Shown piece after piece: positions 1 to 10,255 of a stretch of 61,030 bases of DNA. The notes under the pieces were generated by a model. The model was not told the DNA's origin, searched no databases, and was given only the letters and a program-made list of their open reading frames with translations. Numbering within the stretch: the stretch's first letter is position 1; every line of letters begins with the position of its first letter. Both the position numbers and the translations under genes were made by a program. Source of the stretch: Bacilli bacterium. GTDB lineage: Bacteria > Bacillota_I > Bacilli_A > RFN20 > CAG-826. The stretch spans positions 1-61,030 of the forward strand of contig JAFVCC010000037.1 of the NCBI GenBank assembly GCA_017479485.1, read 5' to 3'.

Positions 1-49
1 AAAGTTTAGAGGCCCCCCGCACCCCCCAACATGTTTAGAGCACTAAAAG

Positions 50-80
50 AAAACAAACGCCGCAAATCGGCGCTTGTTTT
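50..80. terminator. Intrinsic terminator-like hairpin downstream of the DnaB-like gene
   Basis: AAAACAAACGCCG-CAAAT-CGGCGCTTGTTTT, A/T tracts on both sides. Confidence 0.6.
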
Positions 81-93
81 GATGAAATTTGAA

Positions 94-750
94 TTAATTA
101 TGCTCGTAGATTTCCTTGATGTTAATCGAGGAGAAGTGACGCAGATCGTAGCCATCGACCAGGATGATGTGGACGATGTCATCGTAGCTGATGCGGGCAT
201 CGATAACGTTTCCTTTGCCAATGAACATCTTGATGACGTTATTGCCCTTAACCTTTTCGGCGAAGGAGTTAAGGCGCGATACTGCCTCTTCGAAGTTCGA
301 GGAGGAACCAACTTGAGACAAGAGAACGATGGGGATATTAAGTTCTTTGGCTAACTCGGCGAGATCATTGACGATTTGCTGAATCTGCTTGAGGTCTTCC
401 GTATCGCTTTCGGGCTTTGCATAGGTGGATTTGCGGAGCAAGTCGAGGTAGTCAATATAGACCGCGCTGACATCGTCTTTCTTGGCTTTAATGATTTCTG
501 TAACTTCCCTAAGATTTAGCCCCATCGCATCGACGATATTGAGGTGAAACAAGGTGGACCAACCTACGCCAAAATGCGAGATCAATTTGTTATAGATAAT
601 GGATTGGCAATACTCGTAAGAAAAGAAAATTACGTTTTTGCCGAGCTTCAATAATTCGCTGGCGTCGTAGACGGTGATGGTGCTTTTACCCATGTCGGTT
701 TTACCCGTGAGTATGGTCAAATAACCAGGTTCGGACTTAATGATTTCCAT
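94..750 (-). CDS. DnaB-like helicase C-terminal (RecA-fold ATPase) domain protein, stand-alone
   Basis: Walker A GKTDMGKS; VYIDYLDLL and LAKELNIPIVLLSQ resemble DnaB motifs; only 218 aa. Confidence 0.7.
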   Translation of the reverse strand: MEIIKSEPGYLTILTGKTDMGKSTITVYDASELLKLGKNVIFFSYEYCQSIIYNKLISHFGVGWSTLFHLNIVDAMGLNLREVTEIIKAKKDDVSAVYIDYLDLLRKSTYAKPESDTEDLKQIQQIVNDLAELAKELNIPIVLLSQVGSSSNFEEAVSRLNSFAEKVKGNNVIKMFIGKGNVIDARISYDDIVHIILVDGYDLRHFSSINIKEIYEHN

Positions 751-946
751 CGATGGTTTCTCCTGTGTTTCTATAATTATAGACGAAAAGAGTTTTTCAC
801 AAGAAGAAGCGGTGGAAAGGAGGGAGAACCTACTCGGATGCTGCTGTTGGTTTTTTGCCGTTATGGCAATGATCTAGGATCAGCAACGAAAGGCAGTTAT
901 CGTTAAAAAGAGGCGCCACGATCGGGCGCCCTTTTGACGAATAAGG

Positions 947-2446
947 TTATTTCTTCTTACCCTTAGAAGACGAATTTCGTTTCTTTGGCGCGGGTTTTGC
1001 AGCGCTTTTTAGGATTTTCTTCGCGGTGGATTTCGCTTTTCCTTTTCCATGTAGCGCGATGAGGATGATAACCAATAGAATCACTGCTGCACCTGCGATG
1101 ATGGCGATGACTAAAGGCATCGGCAAATTGAGTTTTGGCGATTCGCTTGGCGTTGAATCGGACTTGCCAGAATCCGAGGAAGATTGACCAGAACTCGATG
1201 AACTACTTGGAGTTGGAGCTGGGGCGACCGATCCGCCTTGATGAAGCTCATCGGTGCTCGGCTTGGCTTTGCCGCTAGGCGTGTTGTTATAGGCGGTTAC
1301 CTTATGGTTGGCTTCATCGTAAGTTGACGTGCCCCAAATGGCATCGGCCCACTGCGGGAAGTCAATGAAGGGGTTGCGGTTGCCGTCAAAGTTACGATAG
1401 ATAAGGTCGTTACGGTGGGCTTCATAGTCATCGACGGGGTCAAGTTTGTTCCAGACGAGCAAGTCGCGAAGTATGCCGATGCTGACGGCCTCTGTCGCGG
1501 TAGACATCTTGGTCTCGGTAGAGAGGGCATCGTCGAGCTTTAGATTGGGGTTTCCCGCGTCGATGGTGTCGTCATTCCCCGCGAGGTTGTTATAACGAGC
1601 GACCATGTAGAAGCATGCGCGGGCGATGTCGCCCTTATCGCAGTCTTGTGGTTCAAAAACGTTGACGTTATTGACTTTGCCTAGCGTAGCAGAGACACCA
1701 AGTAAATTGCCCGCGACGACGACAACGTCATCAATCTTATATTCGTTTTCAGCATTCTTTTCGATTTTGCTATGGTCGACGAACCCATAAGGGTTGTTGC
1801 TGTGCAAAGCGGAATTCACGTATGAATCGCCGGGCAATAGATGGTGTAAGTCGCCTCGGGCGCCTGGGAACGTGTGTTCTACATTGCCGGAGTCTTTCCC
1901 AAAGCCACGTGACTTGGGCCAAATATGCTCGCGATCGGTTCCGTTGTTGTTACCGTGTTTGCCCCATGCGGTTTGACGCGCTTTCTCCACGCCGGGATTA
2001 CGATAGAGAAGGTGGTTGTAGGGGTCGTGCTTTTTATATTTGTAACCCGTGATCGTGTTGGTATCTGGGTCATAGGTTCCCGCCTCTGCAGGAAGATCTT
2101 TTGCTGGGGAGAGTTCCCAGTCGCGGTCGGTGATCTCATATGCTTTCCAAACATTGTCCCCACTGTCATAGGAGTTATATTTTTGGCCTTCTTTGAGGAT
2201 GGGTTTCAGTGCTTTGAGCAAATCCTCGCCTTGGAGGTCTTTGCCGTCCAAAGCAGCATAGTAGTTACGAACATCGGCTTCGGGAACGGGATTGAGGTCG
2301 ATTGTGGTGGGGAGCTTAGCGATGGGATAGTTAGAAACCGAGGTCGCCGCATAAGCTTCTAGCGCCGGTTTATAAGAAAGAGCGCCAGAGGCGATGGGCA
2401 TGGCGGTCGCAAGTAGTAATAGAGGAAATGCAAAACGTAGTTTCAT
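947..2446 (-). CDS. Secreted endonuclease I family DNase with C-terminal membrane anchor
   Basis: Signal peptide MKLRFAFPLLLLA; REHIWPKS, DLHHL, NRNPFIDFP motifs; Ser-rich linker, TM helix, basic tail; start set at second Met. Confidence 0.85.
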   Translation of the reverse strand: MKLRFAFPLLLLATAMPIASGALSYKPALEAYAATSVSNYPIAKLPTTIDLNPVPEADVRNYYAALDGKDLQGEDLLKALKPILKEGQKYNSYDSGDNVWKAYEITDRDWELSPAKDLPAEAGTYDPDTNTITGYKYKKHDPYNHLLYRNPGVEKARQTAWGKHGNNNGTDREHIWPKSRGFGKDSGNVEHTFPGARGDLHHLLPGDSYVNSALHSNNPYGFVDHSKIEKNAENEYKIDDVVVVAGNLLGVSATLGKVNNVNVFEPQDCDKGDIARACFYMVARYNNLAGNDDTIDAGNPNLKLDDALSTETKMSTATEAVSIGILRDLLVWNKLDPVDDYEAHRNDLIYRNFDGNRNPFIDFPQWADAIWGTSTYDEANHKVTAYNNTPSGKAKPSTDELHQGGSVAPAPTPSSSSSSGQSSSDSGKSDSTPSESPKLNLPMPLVIAIIAGAAVILLVIILIALHGKGKAKSTAKKILKSAAKPAPKKRNSSSKGKKK

Positions 2447-2561
2447 GGCAAGTATTATGCGCGCAGGCACGTGGAAATAAAATAAGTTCGGGGAAGAAAA
2501 TCATGCAACATTTTTAAGTTCCCTTTAATATCTCGGGGGACAATAGAATCGGAGGACTACT

Positions 2562-4808
2562 ATGCGTCATCTCATAAAACATTATCTATTCACCCTTTCC
2601 TTGGCCGCGCTGCTTGGTTCATGCTCGGTAGGGGGCGCCTCAAGCGTTGAAAATTCAAAAATATCCGCAGAACCCTCTTCGAATACAGAAATTTCTTCGA
2701 TTTCAAGCGAACCGATTCCATCGGAAAGTTCGAGCTTAGAAGATAGTTCAAGCAGTGTTTCGACCGACTCTAGTTCCTCTGAGTCTAACGTTTCCACAAG
2801 TTCGTCATCTACGGCCTCGTCTTCCGATTTCTCTTCGTCGGCGGCTTCTTCGAGCTCCGTTTCTTCAGTGCTTCCTCAAGGCGGCGAAGGCGATAATACG
2901 GCCTTCACTATCGTCCGTGCTTCCGATTCTTTTGTGCCGAATTTCGATAACGGCATGTACTGGATCGATGAGGCTGGCGAGTATGACCTTAGCGGCACCT
3001 TGAGCGGCATGATCTTCATCAATGTCCCCGAAACCGATGATGACACTGGAGAGGTGACCCTTAACTTAAATGGCGTCGATATGTCTTGCTCCTATAATTC
3101 GGTCATCTACTGCCTTAGCGCCGATCAACTTGATATTTCGGCGAAGAAAGGTACGACGAATGTAATACGGGATGGTCGCGCCGTGGAGACGGAAGACGAC
3201 GAAACTCAAGGTGGTGGGGCGATCTATTCCAAGGTAGATACGAAGCTCAAAGGCAGCGGCACGTTATCGGTGATGGGTACCTACAATAACGGCGTCCACT
3301 CAACGAAAGATTTGGAAATTCAAAAGCTTACCCTTTCGGTTACCGCGGTCAATAATGCGATCAAGGGCAATGATTCCATTACGGTGAATTCGGGCAATAT
3401 CACCGCGATTTCTAGTGGCGGCGATGCCTTAAAGACTGAAGATAGCGACGTCTCTTCCAAAGGTAACCAACGTGGCGACATCACCATCCTAGGCGGTACA
3501 CTGAACCTATATTCTGCCTGTGATGGCGTCCAAGCGGCCCATGATTTCGTTTTGGGTACGGAAGGCGATGCGGGAGAAGAGCCTAAGGTCACCATTCAAA
3601 CCAATAAATTTTCGCCCTACACCAACGACTCGGATATCGCCTCGACATCGACCTCAACGATGTATCTCAAAACGACCTCGAATTCCTCCGCCTATCGTTA
3701 CGCGGTCCGTTTCTATAATGAGGCGGGCGAAGAGGGCGTTTGGTCGAACGCGACATATAAAACGACCCAGACTTCCGGAGGCCGAGGAAGAACGACCTAT
3801 TACATTTATGAGTTGGATCGCCCCTCCTCTTATTCCTCTTTCGCCGTCTATGCGTTTGCATCCTCTAACACGGAAAACTCAGTGGCCTCTAGCGTGGCAA
3901 GTTCTGCCGGCGCGGCGATCAACTCTTCCTACGATACCGTTTCGTTTACCATAAATGTCGGCCAAAAATCGATTTCCTTAGGCGGCTGGAGCAATTATTC
4001 TGCTTCCCAAGGCGGTGGCCCTGGCGGCATGCCGGGCGGATGGAACGAAGGCAATCAAGACAAAGCCGATGTATCCGCGAAAGGCATTAAGGCCCAAAAC
4101 AACATCCACATCCTAAGCGGCACTTTAAACATCACCGCCTATGATGATGGCCTCCACGCGAATTATGGCGAAGCCCTCGATTCCGGTGAATCCTCTACCG
4201 GCGATATTAATATCAAGGGCGGGACGACCACGATTTCCGCAAGCGACGATGGCGTTCACGCAGAGCGTTATCTCCGCATCTCTGGAGGCTCTATTACGGT
4301 CACTGATTCCTACGAAGGGCTTGAGGGGAACCAGATCTATGTTAGTGGCGGAACCGCGGTAGCGTACGCCAAAGATGACGCCGTTAATGCAGGCAGCGGT
4401 GAGAATAGCGCTGGCCTTCGTGCCTTAATCGAAGTCAGTGGCGGCCATCTATTTGCAGCGGTGCCGAGCAGCGGCGATACGGATGGCATCGATTCCAATG
4501 GCGACTTTGTCCAAACCGGCGGCGAAGTTATTGCTGCGGGCGTGTCGGGTCGCGGAGGGGCGGCTGCAATAGATACCGATGGAAGCGTGACAGTAAATTC
4601 GGGCACCCTCATTATCTTTGGTTCGAGTGAAAAGACCCCAAGCCGCGGTAGCGGGGTAACCCAGTCCAGCAAGTCCGGCTCTTACGGTAACAGCGCTCAT
4701 GTCGTGACGTTTGCTAACGGTACCGTTAACGTTGAGAAACTGCCGAGCTATTCCTATACGGTCTGCAACGCCTATAGCTCGCTTGGATCCATTTCATCCA
4801 TTTCCTAA
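2562..4808 (+). CDS. Cthe_2159/DUF4353-type carbohydrate-binding-domain lipoprotein
   Basis: Lipobox LGSC, Ser-rich linker, repeated beta-helix motifs (NNGVHS, NNAIKG, DGVQA, DDGLHA, DDGVHA, EGLEG, DGIDSNG). Confidence 0.8.
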   Translation: MRHLIKHYLFTLSLAALLGSCSVGGASSVENSKISAEPSSNTEISSISSEPIPSESSSLEDSSSSVSTDSSSSESNVSTSSSSTASSSDFSSSAASSSSVSSVLPQGGEGDNTAFTIVRASDSFVPNFDNGMYWIDEAGEYDLSGTLSGMIFINVPETDDDTGEVTLNLNGVDMSCSYNSVIYCLSADQLDISAKKGTTNVIRDGRAVETEDDETQGGGAIYSKVDTKLKGSGTLSVMGTYNNGVHSTKDLEIQKLTLSVTAVNNAIKGNDSITVNSGNITAISSGGDALKTEDSDVSSKGNQRGDITILGGTLNLYSACDGVQAAHDFVLGTEGDAGEEPKVTIQTNKFSPYTNDSDIASTSTSTMYLKTTSNSSAYRYAVRFYNEAGEEGVWSNATYKTTQTSGGRGRTTYYIYELDRPSSYSSFAVYAFASSNTENSVASSVASSAGAAINSSYDTVSFTINVGQKSISLGGWSNYSASQGGGPGGMPGGWNEGNQDKADVSAKGIKAQNNIHILSGTLNITAYDDGLHANYGEALDSGESSTGDINIKGGTTTISASDDGVHAERYLRISGGSITVTDSYEGLEGNQIYVSGGTAVAYAKDDAVNAGSGENSAGLRALIEVSGGHLFAAVPSSGDTDGIDSNGDFVQTGGEVIAAGVSGRGGAAAIDTDGSVTVNSGTLIIFGSSEKTPSRGSGVTQSSKSGSYGNSAHVVTFANGTVNVEKLPSYSYTVCNAYSSLGSISSIS

Positions 4809-4818
4809 TGTTGCAAAT

Positions 4819-4855
4819 AAAACCCTCGCGGATGTGTGATTCCACGAGGGTTTTT
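4819..4855. terminator. Bidirectional intrinsic terminator between convergent genes
   Basis: AAAACCCTCG...CGAGGGTTTTT. Confidence 0.75.
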
Positions 4856-4905
4856 GCTATAAATATTGGAGTTTTGCGCGGTTAAACTGAAAAATTGCAG
4901 AGATT

Positions 4906-5460
4906 TTACTGATTCAAAGTCAAGAAATAATCGGTCATTTCTTCTGGACTTTGCGCACACCTCTCATCGAACCAAAAAATGACTAAGGCGATGAGGCTTT
5001 CAAGGGCGCTAGAGATTTGCAGTTCCTCAGGAATAGGTTTTTTCGGGAGCACGCCTTCGCGAATGACGCGTTCCATCAAGGGGCGAATGTGCCTTCTTAG
5101 CCCATTAAGGAAACGGTCTTTACACGAGGAGTTAAGGATGGTTCGAATGAGTTCTTCTTCATCCTTAAGGTGATATAGGGTGTGAGTGAATAAATGCTTA
5201 TAGTCCAATATGGACTCGTGCGAAAAGTCGTGGCTCTGTTCTTCGTGAAGGGAATGAGAAAACACGTGCTCGAATATGGTGTCGAGCAACGAATCCAACA
5301 CCTCGTCTTTTGCTTTGAAGTGGGCATAAAAGGTAGAACGCGATATTCCCGACTTTTTCAAAATGTCCTCGACGGAAATTGAGGCAAAGTCCTTTTCTTT
5401 TAAGCAAACTCCGAACGCTGCGTATATAGCCGCGTCGGTTTTCAGAATTCTTTTGTCCAT
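4906..5460 (-). CDS. TetR/AcrR family transcriptional regulator
   Basis: N-terminal HTH ISVEDILKKSGISRSTFYAHF. Confidence 0.9.
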   Translation of the reverse strand: MDKRILKTDAAIYAAFGVCLKEKDFASISVEDILKKSGISRSTFYAHFKAKDEVLDSLLDTIFEHVFSHSLHEEQSHDFSHESILDYKHLFTHTLYHLKDEEELIRTILNSSCKDRFLNGLRRHIRPLMERVIREGVLPKKPIPEELQISSALESLIALVIFWFDERCAQSPEEMTDYFLTLNQ

Positions 5461-5563
5461 ATATCGATATTAAATAGAACATTGTGTTCGTTTTCAATGA
5501 AAAATATCGAACGAAATCCATAAAAATGTTTTATTTATCTTCAGTACTTGCTAATATGCCCAC

Positions 5564-6646
5564 ATGGTTGATGAAATCGCACACGATTTACGCGCACAGG
5601 TAATGAAACACAATGCGAAAAAGCGGGTGATTCTTTTCGTCTCGCTTGGTCTTGTGGCTGTTTTGTTCCTCCTTTCGCTGATGGTCGGATCCTCGGGCCT
5701 TTCGTTTGCAGAATCATTCCTTGCTTTATTTGGAAACGGAACCAATGCGGCGGTGCGTATCGTGCAACAAATCCGCCTTCCTGAGGCCCTTGCGGCGTTA
5801 ATCGCTGGGGCTGGTTTGGCCTTGGCGGGCCTAATGATGCAATCGACGTTAAAGAATCCAATGGCGAGCCCTTCCACGCTCGGCGTATCTAACGCTGCTG
5901 TATTCGGCGCAAACCTTTCGATTATTGCCTTTGCTGGAGGCTTTCTCGAGACGGGGAACAATCCTCAGGACTTCGCTTTAGGGGCGAATCCCTTCGCGAC
6001 GAGCACCATTGCGTTTTTCTTCGCTGCGATTTCGACGTTGCTTATCCTTGGGCTATGCAGTGTGCGTGGCTTTGCATCGGAAACCGTCGTGCTCGCGGGC
6101 ATTGCTTTAGGAACAATTTGGACGGCTTTTACGACGTTATTACAGTTTTTTGCTACAGATGTTGGCTTAAGCGCAGCTGTAATTTGGACCTTCGGCGATC
6201 TCGGCCGGGCGACCTTTACGACCGACTGGATCATGCTTGCGGTGGTGGTGGCATCTGGCGTCGTGTTTTATGTTTTACAGTGGCGCTTTAATGCTATTGC
6301 GGCGGATGAAGATGTGGCCTCAACCCTCGGGGTGAAGGTAAAGCTCCTCCGTTTCGTTTCTATGTTTTTAGCGTCCTTAGTCACGGCCGTCTGCGTCAGC
6401 TATTTGGGCATCATTGGCTTTGTTGGTATCATCTGTCCCCATGTGATGCGGCGAATCGTTGGGAGCAATCATCGTTTCCTTATCCCAGGTTCGATGCTTT
6501 GCGGGTCGATGTTACTTCTTTTTAGCAGCTTGATGTCACATGTTATCGGGCGCGGCACAGCGCTGCCCGTCGGTGCGATCACAGCCATCCTTGGAGGACC
6601 ATTCTTCCTTTATCTCATCTTCGCGCGAAAGGGAGGCCGGGTATGA
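5564..6646 (+). CDS. FecCD/BtuC-type iron or cobalamin ABC permease
   Basis: IRLP, NPMASPSTLGV, GIIGFVGIICPH, LPVGAITAILGGPFF; true start could be slightly downstream. Confidence 0.9.
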   Translation: MVDEIAHDLRAQVMKHNAKKRVILFVSLGLVAVLFLLSLMVGSSGLSFAESFLALFGNGTNAAVRIVQQIRLPEALAALIAGAGLALAGLMMQSTLKNPMASPSTLGVSNAAVFGANLSIIAFAGGFLETGNNPQDFALGANPFATSTIAFFFAAISTLLILGLCSVRGFASETVVLAGIALGTIWTAFTTLLQFFATDVGLSAAVIWTFGDLGRATFTTDWIMLAVVVASGVVFYVLQWRFNAIAADEDVASTLGVKVKLLRFVSMFLASLVTAVCVSYLGIIGFVGIICPHVMRRIVGSNHRFLIPGSMLCGSMLLLFSSLMSHVIGRGTALPVGAITAILGGPFFLYLIFARKGGRV

Positions 6647-7407
6647 TTGAACTCAGCCATCTTAGCGCGCGTTACCACAAGCGGAGCAGATACGTCCTTC
6701 AGGATGTCTCTTTTGCCATTGAGGACGCTCAAGTTGGTGTCTTGCTCGGCCCTAACGGGGCGGGCAAATCGACCCTGCTCAAGTGCATTCTGGGCTTAAT
6801 GCCATATGAGGGCGAGATCTTTATCGACGGCAATCCCTGCTCAAAAATGAGTAAGACGGAACGTTCCCGCATGATTGCCTATGTGCCTCAGAATCTATCT
6901 TTTTCGGCTTCTACCGTTTTCGATGCCGTGATGCTCGGCCGATTGCCTCACTTTGGATTTGTGCCGGATGAAGAAGACCATTTCATCGTCATTAAAACCC
7001 TGGATGAAATGGGGCTTGGCGAGATGGCGCTTCGTAATGTCACGGAGCTTTCTGGCGGCGAGCGGCAAAAGGTCGCCATCGCCCGCGCTTTGGCGCAGGA
7101 GGCTAAGATTCTCGTCTTGGATGAACCGACATCTAATTTGGATATTGCTGCGGAGACCGGAATCGCCAAAATGGTCAAAAATCTTGCAAAACAGCGAGGA
7201 TTTACATCGATTTTGTCGATGCATGACTTGAACTTAGCCCTGTCGATTGGTGATCGGTTTGCCTTTTTAAAGGATGGTTCGCTCTGCGGTTGGGGCGGAA
7301 ACGAGCTGATGAACGAAGGTATGATCGCGGATGTCTTTGGCATCAAAGCGTCGCGCGTACAAATAGATTCGCATGACTTTATTGTCTATGGAGGCAAAGA
7401 CGAATGA
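6643..7407 (+). CDS. ABC ATPase of iron/cobalamin importer
   Basis: GPNGAGKS, LSGGERQK, LDEPTSNLD. Confidence 0.9.
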   Translation: MIELSHLSARYHKRSRYVLQDVSFAIEDAQVGVLLGPNGAGKSTLLKCILGLMPYEGEIFIDGNPCSKMSKTERSRMIAYVPQNLSFSASTVFDAVMLGRLPHFGFVPDEEDHFIVIKTLDEMGLGEMALRNVTELSGGERQKVAIARALAQEAKILVLDEPTSNLDIAAETGIAKMVKNLAKQRGFTSILSMHDLNLALSIGDRFAFLKDGSLCGWGGNELMNEGMIADVFGIKASRVQIDSHDFIVYGGKDE

Positions 7408-8531
7408 AGAAACTTTTGATTATGTTACTACCTATGCTGCTTGGTCTATGCGCCTGCGGCTCGACTTCTGGAACTTCCTCTCCGGAAGGAATCAAAATCA
7501 CGGACATGATTAACCGCGAAATCACCGTCACCCCGGGCTCTTATCGCAGGGTGGTCTGCATCGGTGCCGGCGCACTTCGCCTTTATACCTATATTGGTGA
7601 TGTTTCGTTGCTCTCGGGTGTTGAAGACATTGATAACCTTTCTCTCACTGATCGGCCCAAGATGTTTGATGGCGTTGCCCGCCCTTATATGTTAGCCAAC
7701 CAAGAGACCTTCAAAACGCTTCCTAGCTGTGGCGTTGGTGGCCCAAACGCCCAAACGGCGGACGCAGAAAAAATCCTCGCCTGCAATCCGGATATTGTTA
7801 TTTCGGAATACGAAGACGTGGAAAAAGAAGACGCCCTTCAAAAGAAGCTTGGCGTCCCCGTCGTCACCATGAAGTTCTCCGGCTCCGACACCAACCTTTA
7901 CAATTCGCTTTCTTTGCTCGGAAAAATCTTTGCCAAAGAAGACCGCGCGAATGACGTTATCAATTTCCATAAGGAGCAGTTAAAACAGATTTCCGATAAG
8001 ACGAAGGATGTGGCGGATGCAGATAAAAAGGGCGTTTACATCTGCGGCCTTGGCAACTGGGGCACGACCAACCAGTATTTTACGGCTCAAAATTACGCCG
8101 CTTTCAACGTCGCCCACGTCAAAAATGTTGTTTCTGGTTTGCCTAACGACGGCATTCAACAGATTAAGGCAGAGGAATTCGTCTCCTTGGCGGAAAAGAT
8201 GGAAGTCATGATCTTCGATGCTGCGGCCGTGAAAAACATCAAAAACAAAGAATATGACTTCTCTCTTTGCAAAGCGTTTGAAACGGGCGAAGTTTATTTG
8301 CAGATGGCCTATAACGCCTATTACACCAACGTGGAGACCGCCCTCATCAATAACTGGTTCATCGCCAAATCGGTGTATCCTTCCCTTTTCACCGACCTGG
8401 ATATTGAGGCCAAAGCGAACGAAATCACGCAGAAATTCAATGGCGTCGCCCTCTACGACAAAATCAAAGCCATGCCGCAGTCCTTTGGCGGCTATCAGAA
8501 GATCGCGAATCCGACCGAGTTCTTCAAATGA
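7404..8531 (+). CDS. Periplasmic-binding-protein type lipoprotein (iron/cobalamin)
   Basis: Lipobox LCAC; ITDMINREITV, EKILACNPDIVI; operon context. Confidence 0.85.
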   Translation: MKKLLIMLLPMLLGLCACGSTSGTSSPEGIKITDMINREITVTPGSYRRVVCIGAGALRLYTYIGDVSLLSGVEDIDNLSLTDRPKMFDGVARPYMLANQETFKTLPSCGVGGPNAQTADAEKILACNPDIVISEYEDVEKEDALQKKLGVPVVTMKFSGSDTNLYNSLSLLGKIFAKEDRANDVINFHKEQLKQISDKTKDVADADKKGVYICGLGNWGTTNQYFTAQNYAAFNVAHVKNVVSGLPNDGIQQIKAEEFVSLAEKMEVMIFDAAAVKNIKNKEYDFSLCKAFETGEVYLQMAYNAYYTNVETALINNWFIAKSVYPSLFTDLDIEAKANEITQKFNGVALYDKIKAMPQSFGGYQKIANPTEFFK

Positions 8532-9121
8532 GTCATTCTAACGTCGAAGCGTTCTTCAATTCCGTCGCTTCCAAATGGGACGATTGGGCCAACGACGACA
8601 TGGACCGCGTCCGCGCGCTCTTCTCCCAGATCGGCATCAAGCCCGGCGATAAGGTTCTGGACCTCGCCTGTGGAACCGGAGTGGTGACGGAGCTGCTCCA
8701 TGAGTTTTCTCTCGCCCCCGTCCATGGGCTCGACATCGCCGAGAACATGATCGTCCGGGCCAAGGAAAAATATCAGGACAAGGATTATGCCTCCTTTGAG
8801 GTGGGCGATTTTATGTCTTATCCGGGAGAGAAGTATGATGCCATCGTCATCTATAACGCCTACCCTCATTTCCTCGATCCCAAAGCCCTCTCTTCTCGGC
8901 TCGCTGAAACTCTTAACATAGCGGGCAAATTCGCCATCGTTCATTCCTTGGGCCGGAAGCAACTTTCCGCACATCATGACCCCCTCGGTCCCAAGATCTC
9001 GCGCGACTTATTACCCGTTAGAGAAGAAGCGGAGTTCTTCAAAGAAGAATTTGAAGTTTTAAAGGCAGACGAAGGCGAAGATTTTTACCTCATTATTGGT
9101 GCCAAAAACGCCAACGTATAG
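8528..9121 (+). CDS. Class I SAM-dependent methyltransferase
   Basis: VLDLACGTG motif I; overlaps upstream stop. Confidence 0.85.
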   Translation: MSHSNVEAFFNSVASKWDDWANDDMDRVRALFSQIGIKPGDKVLDLACGTGVVTELLHEFSLAPVHGLDIAENMIVRAKEKYQDKDYASFEVGDFMSYPGEKYDAIVIYNAYPHFLDPKALSSRLAETLNIAGKFAIVHSLGRKQLSAHHDPLGPKISRDLLPVREEAEFFKEEFEVLKADEGEDFYLIIGAKNANV

Positions 9122-9305
9122 ATAGCCACCCATTCACTATCGGTAGGGTAATCGACGGAAGTTACATTTATAACTACCGAATTGCACATTAAATCTTTCC
9201 TAAGCCGCTAGAAAAGTGCTTAAAATATGCACGCCTCATTCAGCAAGCCCCCCAATTAGCTGGATGAGGTTTTTTCGCGATCAATTAGAGTACAATATAG
9301 ATAAC

Positions 9306-10238
9306 ATGGACAATTTAAACTTCAAAGAAATCATCATTAAAGACAACTTTTACCAATCTTCCTCGTTCTTTCCGATGCCGTTGACGTTGATCGGCACATT
9401 GAACGAGAACGGTACCCTTACTAGCTATGGCGCCTATTCGCTGATCTTCCCTTATTACATCGCGGGAAAGAAGTATTACGCCATGCTCCTTGAGTGCCGC
9501 AATACTTCCAATACAGCGCGCGGCCTATTAAGACATGGCAAGTGCACGATCAATTTCATGCCCTATTCCAAGGATAACTTCCAAACCCACGTCAACTGCG
9601 GCTTCCCTGGAGACACCCCCGAGGAGAAGATGAAAAACTTTAAGTTTACTCCTGTCGACGGCCTTTCTAAACGCGCGGATCCCCAAGGCAATTACCCGAA
9701 AATTCTCGATGAGGCGTTGCAAGTGTTCGAATGCACCTGGATGAAGGAACTCGACAACGCACAAGACGATAAGGTGCTCGACGAATACGAAGGACCCTAT
9801 CATGACTTCAATGGAGTCACTTCCAAATTTGGCGCGCACTTCATCCTCCGCGTCGACCACATCTTGACCAAAGAAAAGTATTACGACGCCATCGTCAATG
9901 GGGCGACGCGCGGCAATTTCTGCCCCCTTCCGACCAACTGGGGCTATCGCGATTCAAAGTATTTCTGGTGCTCACCGTATAAGAAACCACAAGCCATCGG
10001 CATCCCCAACCGCGAAGTGGACCTCAAATCGATTCGTTATGCCGCAGACCGCCTCAATACCGACGTCCAATTCACTGACGATGCATTAAAAACGATCGTC
10101 AAAGTCCCAAGACCTTTCCTAAAACTCGTTTTGCAGGGTTGCGTAAATTGGGCCAAGGAACACAATGTAACCGTCCTCACCGAAGTGGAAATGAAAATCA
10201 TCGCCGATAAGAGGGCAAACGAAAAGAAGAAAAAATAA
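9306..10238 (+). CDS. Flavin-reductase-like (split barrel) protein with small C-terminal helical domain
   Basis: PMPLTLIGT, NTARGLLRHGKCTINF, ALQVFEC; start set at MDNLNF. Confidence 0.6.
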   Translation: MDNLNFKEIIIKDNFYQSSSFFPMPLTLIGTLNENGTLTSYGAYSLIFPYYIAGKKYYAMLLECRNTSNTARGLLRHGKCTINFMPYSKDNFQTHVNCGFPGDTPEEKMKNFKFTPVDGLSKRADPQGNYPKILDEALQVFECTWMKELDNAQDDKVLDEYEGPYHDFNGVTSKFGAHFILRVDHILTKEKYYDAIVNGATRGNFCPLPTNWGYRDSKYFWCSPYKKPQAIGIPNREVDLKSIRYAADRLNTDVQFTDDALKTIVKVPRPFLKLVLQGCVNWAKEHNVTVLTEVEMKIIADKRANEKKKK

Positions 10239-10255
10239 AAAGACGGGGGTTCTGC

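Noticed and set aside
4-43. GTTTAGAG twice, resembling a type II CRISPR repeat start, around a C-rich tract
   Set aside because: Period is only 29 bp, similarity ends after 8 bp, no cas genes; the window edge prevents further assessment.
31-354. ORF on + strand opposite the DnaB-like gene
   Set aside because: Shadow ORF; motifs are on the minus-strand frame.
2640-2875. Ser-rich low-complexity tracts in lipoproteins (also near 1170-1220 and 56300-56400)
   Set aside because: Ordinary flexible linkers, not DNA repeat arrays.
5461-5563. Cobalamin or other riboswitch before the ABC importer
   Set aside because: Region is short, AT-rich and lacks conserved riboswitch motifs.
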